From the IMG/VR virus record IMGVR_UViG_3300030372_001086, positions 1 through 29,203 of that record: a DNA stretch of 29,203 nt; one strand, written 5' to 3'. The translations under genes and the position numbers were made by a program. This document shows, one piece after another, positions 26,569-29,203 of the stretch. Each line of letters starts with the position of its first letter. The stretch's first letter is position 1. This DNA is from a virus. Lineage: Duplodnaviria > Caudoviricetes. The notes under the pieces are model-generated. The model did no database searches. It worked only from the letters and a program-made list of their open reading frames with translations, and was not told where the DNA came from.

Positions 26569-27078
26569 TTATTCACCCTTGTCGTATTTTAGTACAGGAA
26601 ACCCCTCTACTCTATCTTTCCATACTAACCACTGATATGAGTGAATGGGGCTATGTTTTCTCTCGCTACTCCAGTATGGTCTAAATTGTAGTCTGGTAGC
26701 ACCTGCAAAGTGTTTATTGTTAAAGAATTTATCACGAGTAGATGCACAATCCCATTGTACACGAACTAATATAGTAGCAAACTCTATATGACCTTTCTTA
26801 ACTGTATCAATAATCTGTTCTACTACATCATCTACTACCCCTTTTTTGTATGGGGGATTAGTTATTATTGATCTATACTCTCCTAGTGTCTCTTTAAATG
26901 TACCATTAACAGCAGGTTTAAGTGGTGTAGGTTCACCTACCTTAGTACAGACATCTATTGCAGGTAGAGGAAAGTCCCATGTGTTAAGAAGTGCTTTCAT
27001 ACAACGTCTATCTATAGTAGGATAATGATCATTCTCTCTTCTTTCATACGATGAGTGTGTAAAATAGTTATGTTGCAT
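26569..27078 (-). CDS. Putative amino (N6-adenine-type) DNA methyltransferase (169 aa)
   Basis: IITNPPY catalytic motif IV; RRENDHYPT N-terminal motif; start reassigned to ATG 27078 (RBS AGGAG at 27086-27090). Confidence 0.75.
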   Translation of the reverse strand: MQHNYFTHSSYERRENDHYPTIDRRCMKALLNTWDFPLPAIDVCTKVGEPTPLKPAVNGTFKETLGEYRSIITNPPYKKGVVDDVVEQIIDTVKKGHIEFATILVRVQWDCASTRDKFFNNKHFAGATRLQFRPYWSSERKHSPIHSYQWLVWKDRVEGFPVLKYDKGE

Positions 27079-27235
27079 TGTTATTCTCCTATTTATACAG
27101 TTATATTTACATATAGTAGCAATGTGGATACAGATATATATTAAATATGTGTTTACATACAATATTATATAGTATATATTATATTATACTACATATACTC
27201 TGTATATAGTCTCGCTGATGCTCGACTAAAAAGTG

Positions 27236-27264
27236 ATTATATCACGAATATACTGGTTTGTCAA
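27236..27264 (-). promoter_or_regulatory. Consensus sigma70 promoter for methyltransferase
   Basis: TTGACA-17 bp-TATAAT with TGn extended -10. Confidence 0.85.
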
Positions 27265-27589
27265 GTGTTTTATTAGTAAGGTACAAATATTACCCTATAC
27301 CCCGATTTCTTGTACTATTATTTTACTGTTTTATATCAAGGTGTTGACAAGCTATTTTCGATAATTTTGTATAACCGTATATATATAACGTATAGCCCTG
27401 CCGTGGCTACCGCGTGGCCCTACTTGACCTGATTTTAATTAATTGTATGTCAAATTAATCTCGACTTTATATAAAATTTTAGACAAATTTAGTAGGTATT
27501 CGATTAGTATTTGATTAAAACCTGACATAAAAATATTATTGGCACGAGTCTGCATAGATCCCCCTGTTATAATTTTGTGTACCTCATCT

Positions 27590-27636
27590 GTTCCTATTTC
27601 GTTTTAATAAAAACATAAAGAGAACAAAACGTGAAC
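27590..27636. promoter_or_regulatory. Alphaproteobacterial-type LexA (SOS) box cluster
   Basis: Perfect GAAC-N7-GAAC at 27622-27636; in-phase AAAC at 27611; GTTC-N7-GTTT at 27590-27604. Confidence 0.6.
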
Positions 27637-27744
27637 AAACCTATCAGCGTCTGCGACGCCTATCATTAGAATAGGCTGCGCCTATCATTTTATCTATCAC
27701 GGTCGCTGCGCTTCCTATCCTGTGGGTGGCGGCGGGTTTATTTA

Positions 27745-27813
27745 GGGATTTAAGGTCGATTTTAACTGGGATTTAAGGTCGATTTTAACTGGGATTTAAG
27801 GTCGATTTTAACT
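27745..27813. repeat. 3 x 23-bp perfect tandem repeat GGGATTTAAGGTCGATTTTAACT
   Basis: Units at 27745, 27768 and 27791 with no spacers. Confidence 0.97.
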
Positions 27814-27873
27814 TAGGATTCAAGAATGATTATTAAGGTTTTAATCTATGTATTTTTCTGATATACTTCTTAT

Positions 27874-28100
27874 ATGGATTTTCCGCCATGGATGATTCGG
27901 CCACGCCCTAGGTTCCTATATGCGCTATTAGGGTCTTCTGGTACCCAGTCCAGGTTTGCACTTCAGCTATTGCTCGTGTCAGCTGAATCTGCCCTAGGAT
28001 TCTCCATCGCCCATAGACCGATTTAATACCGACCTTAAACGCGAAGAGTGCCCAAATTTTTGGGGGTTCGGGTTATATCGCGCACCACTTGGGCGTTAAA
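27874..28100 (+). ncRNA. Candidate structured RNA or long leader of the early operon
   Basis: GC-rich island with multiple nested stems, just after TATACT (27862-27867); no recognised family. Confidence 0.35.
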
Positions 28101-28150
28101 TAATACTAGTAATATCTTAATTTTTAACCATCATTTGAAAGGATGAAACC

Positions 28151-28429
28151 ATGTTAATAGATGAAACCATCGAAGTATCGTTTAACGATAAAGGAGTCCT
28201 AGTACTCAAAAAGAAAAAGCCAGAGGCCTATTTTATCCAAGGTTCTACTCATATTGATTGTTGGGGAAAGATCGAGGAGGACTCGAATTTCGAGGTAATC
28301 TGTGAAGATGAAATGGGGGACGGTATCGTCAACGATATCGATACCACGGTTTATAATACTTGGCTGAAAGTCTGTAAGTATTTAGTCGAGAATTATCGAA
28401 CCGATATTGTCGAGGTAACAAGCTGTTAA
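28151..28429 (+). CDS. Acidic hypothetical early protein (92 aa)
   Basis: RBS GAAAGGA upstream; first ORF of the plus-strand arm. Confidence 0.75.
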   Translation: MLIDETIEVSFNDKGVLVLKKKKPEAYFIQGSTHIDCWGKIEEDSNFEVICEDEMGDGIVNDIDTTVYNTWLKVCKYLVENYRTDIVEVTSC

Positions 28430-28443
28430 ATAATTTATCAATC

Positions 28444-28469
28444 GGGTTGGTGCAATTCCGCATCAACCC
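28444..28469 (+). other. Intergenic 10-bp stem-loop without U-tract
   Basis: GGGTTGGTGC-AATTCC-GCATCAACCC. Confidence 0.7.
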
Positions 28470-28491
28470 AACAATAAGAGGAATATATAAT

Positions 28492-28956
28492 ATGTGCAAT
28501 TCAACTTTTACAAATGGTCAAGTATTCAAGCAATCAAACGATTGGAACAATGCAGTTAATTTTGGCCGCCATTCTTATCTGTTAAATATTCGTGACTTGG
28601 AATGCAAAATACAGTCTTACTATGTAAAGACTACTGGAACCTATGTAATTAATAACGGTTTTGGATATCTCGCAAAATCAGACAGACGAGACAGCAATAT
28701 ATTTTCTTGGATTGGTGATTTGTTTAACGGCAATTTCAAACAATACCGCGAGATGAAACAGCGGTTCAAGAGTGCCTCGTGTACGGTCGATGAGATGGTA
28801 GCGTATAACCGTCAATTGCGTAGAGTCTCAAATGCATATGATGAAAAGCGAAAAATAGTTATAACCAGAGAACAGGCGAAACTATTCAGCGAGACTCTTA
28901 AATTACGGTTACACAATCGAGGCCACAAGGTTCGCGGTTTTAAGGTTGCCAGTTAA
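28492..28956 (+). CDS. Hypothetical early protein (154 aa)
   Basis: Start reassigned to ATG 28492 (RBS GAGGA); the track's earlier start lies inside the hairpin. Confidence 0.75.
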   Translation: MCNSTFTNGQVFKQSNDWNNAVNFGRHSYLLNIRDLECKIQSYYVKTTGTYVINNGFGYLAKSDRRDSNIFSWIGDLFNGNFKQYREMKQRFKSASCTVDEMVAYNRQLRRVSNAYDEKRKIVITREQAKLFSETLKLRLHNRGHKVRGFKVAS

Positions 28957-28984
28957 TCACTCAAACAATAAAGGAATTTAAATT

Positions 28985-29167
28985 ATGACATTATCAGAAC
29001 AATATAAATCATTCCCTGTAGTAATTAGAGATCTTATTGAATCTAAATTCGGTAAAGATGTGAGCCTATACTTAACAGGATCAATAATTGAATTAGCTAA
29101 TCAATGGCATAGGCAGATTCTTACTGGGCAACCTATAACCAAAATAACGGGGAGGGTTGAAAAATGA
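28985..29167 (+). CDS. Hypothetical early protein (60 aa)
   Basis: RBS AAGGA; ATGA overlap with the next ORF. Confidence 0.7.
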   Translation: MTLSEQYKSFPVVIRDLIESKFGKDVSLYLTGSIIELANQWHRQILTGQPITKITGRVEK

Positions 29168-29203
29168 GTTATCGATTGAAACCGTTTTACAATGATATTC
29201 GAG
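29164..29203 (+). CDS. Start of next early ORF (MSYRLKPFYNDIR...), truncated
   Basis: ATGA coupling; GGAGG upstream. Confidence 0.55.
   Translation, partial: MSYRLKPFYNDIR

Noticed and set aside
27079-27162. N-terminal 28-aa extension of the methyltransferase given by the ORF track
   Set aside because: Low-complexity AT-rich sequence with a non-ATG start; a clear AGGAG precedes ATG 27078.
27344-27375. Plus-strand sigma70 promoter at TTGACA 27344
   Set aside because: The nearest -10-like hexamers are 10 and 20 bp away, outside the normal 16-18.
27539-27554. Sigma54 promoter TTGGCACGAGTCTGCA
   Set aside because: GG-to-GC spacing is 9 nt instead of the strictly required 10.
27745-27813. CRISPR array
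   Set aside because: Repeats are contiguous with no spacers, and no cas gene is present.
28045-28088. tRNA/tmRNA-like end (GGTTCG...ACCA)
   Set aside because: No proper T-arm, 7-bp acceptor stem or anticodon arm.

Overview
AT-rich segment of a tailed dsDNA bacteriophage with a podovirus-type head/tail module. It resembles marine two-arm podoviruses, but the family cannot be fixed without a search. Bases 1-27.1 kb are one minus-strand late arm. In transcription order it carries: an NPPY-type DNA methyltransferase, small ORFs (HNH-like, one single-TM peptide missed by the ORF track), a Lys-rich protein, TerS, TerL with an unusual N-terminal extension, portal, a 723-aa protein with an ADP-ribosyltransferase-like N-terminus, scaffold, major capsid, a decoration-like protein, adaptor, tail tube/nozzle, tail fibre, three paralogous repeat (beta-propeller-like) fibre/receptor-binding proteins (one carrying a cupredoxin-like insert), and Gln-rich internal-virion proteins. 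Three perfect sigma70 promoters drive this arm. A ~1-kb non-coding control region (27.1-28.15 kb) separates it from a divergent plus-strand early arm. That region holds alphaproteobacterial LexA-type boxes, a 3x23-bp tandem repeat whose junctions form CtrA-type boxes, a candidate genome terminus and a GC-rich, strongly foldable ~225-nt segment. All product calls come from motif recognition and gene order, not database searches.
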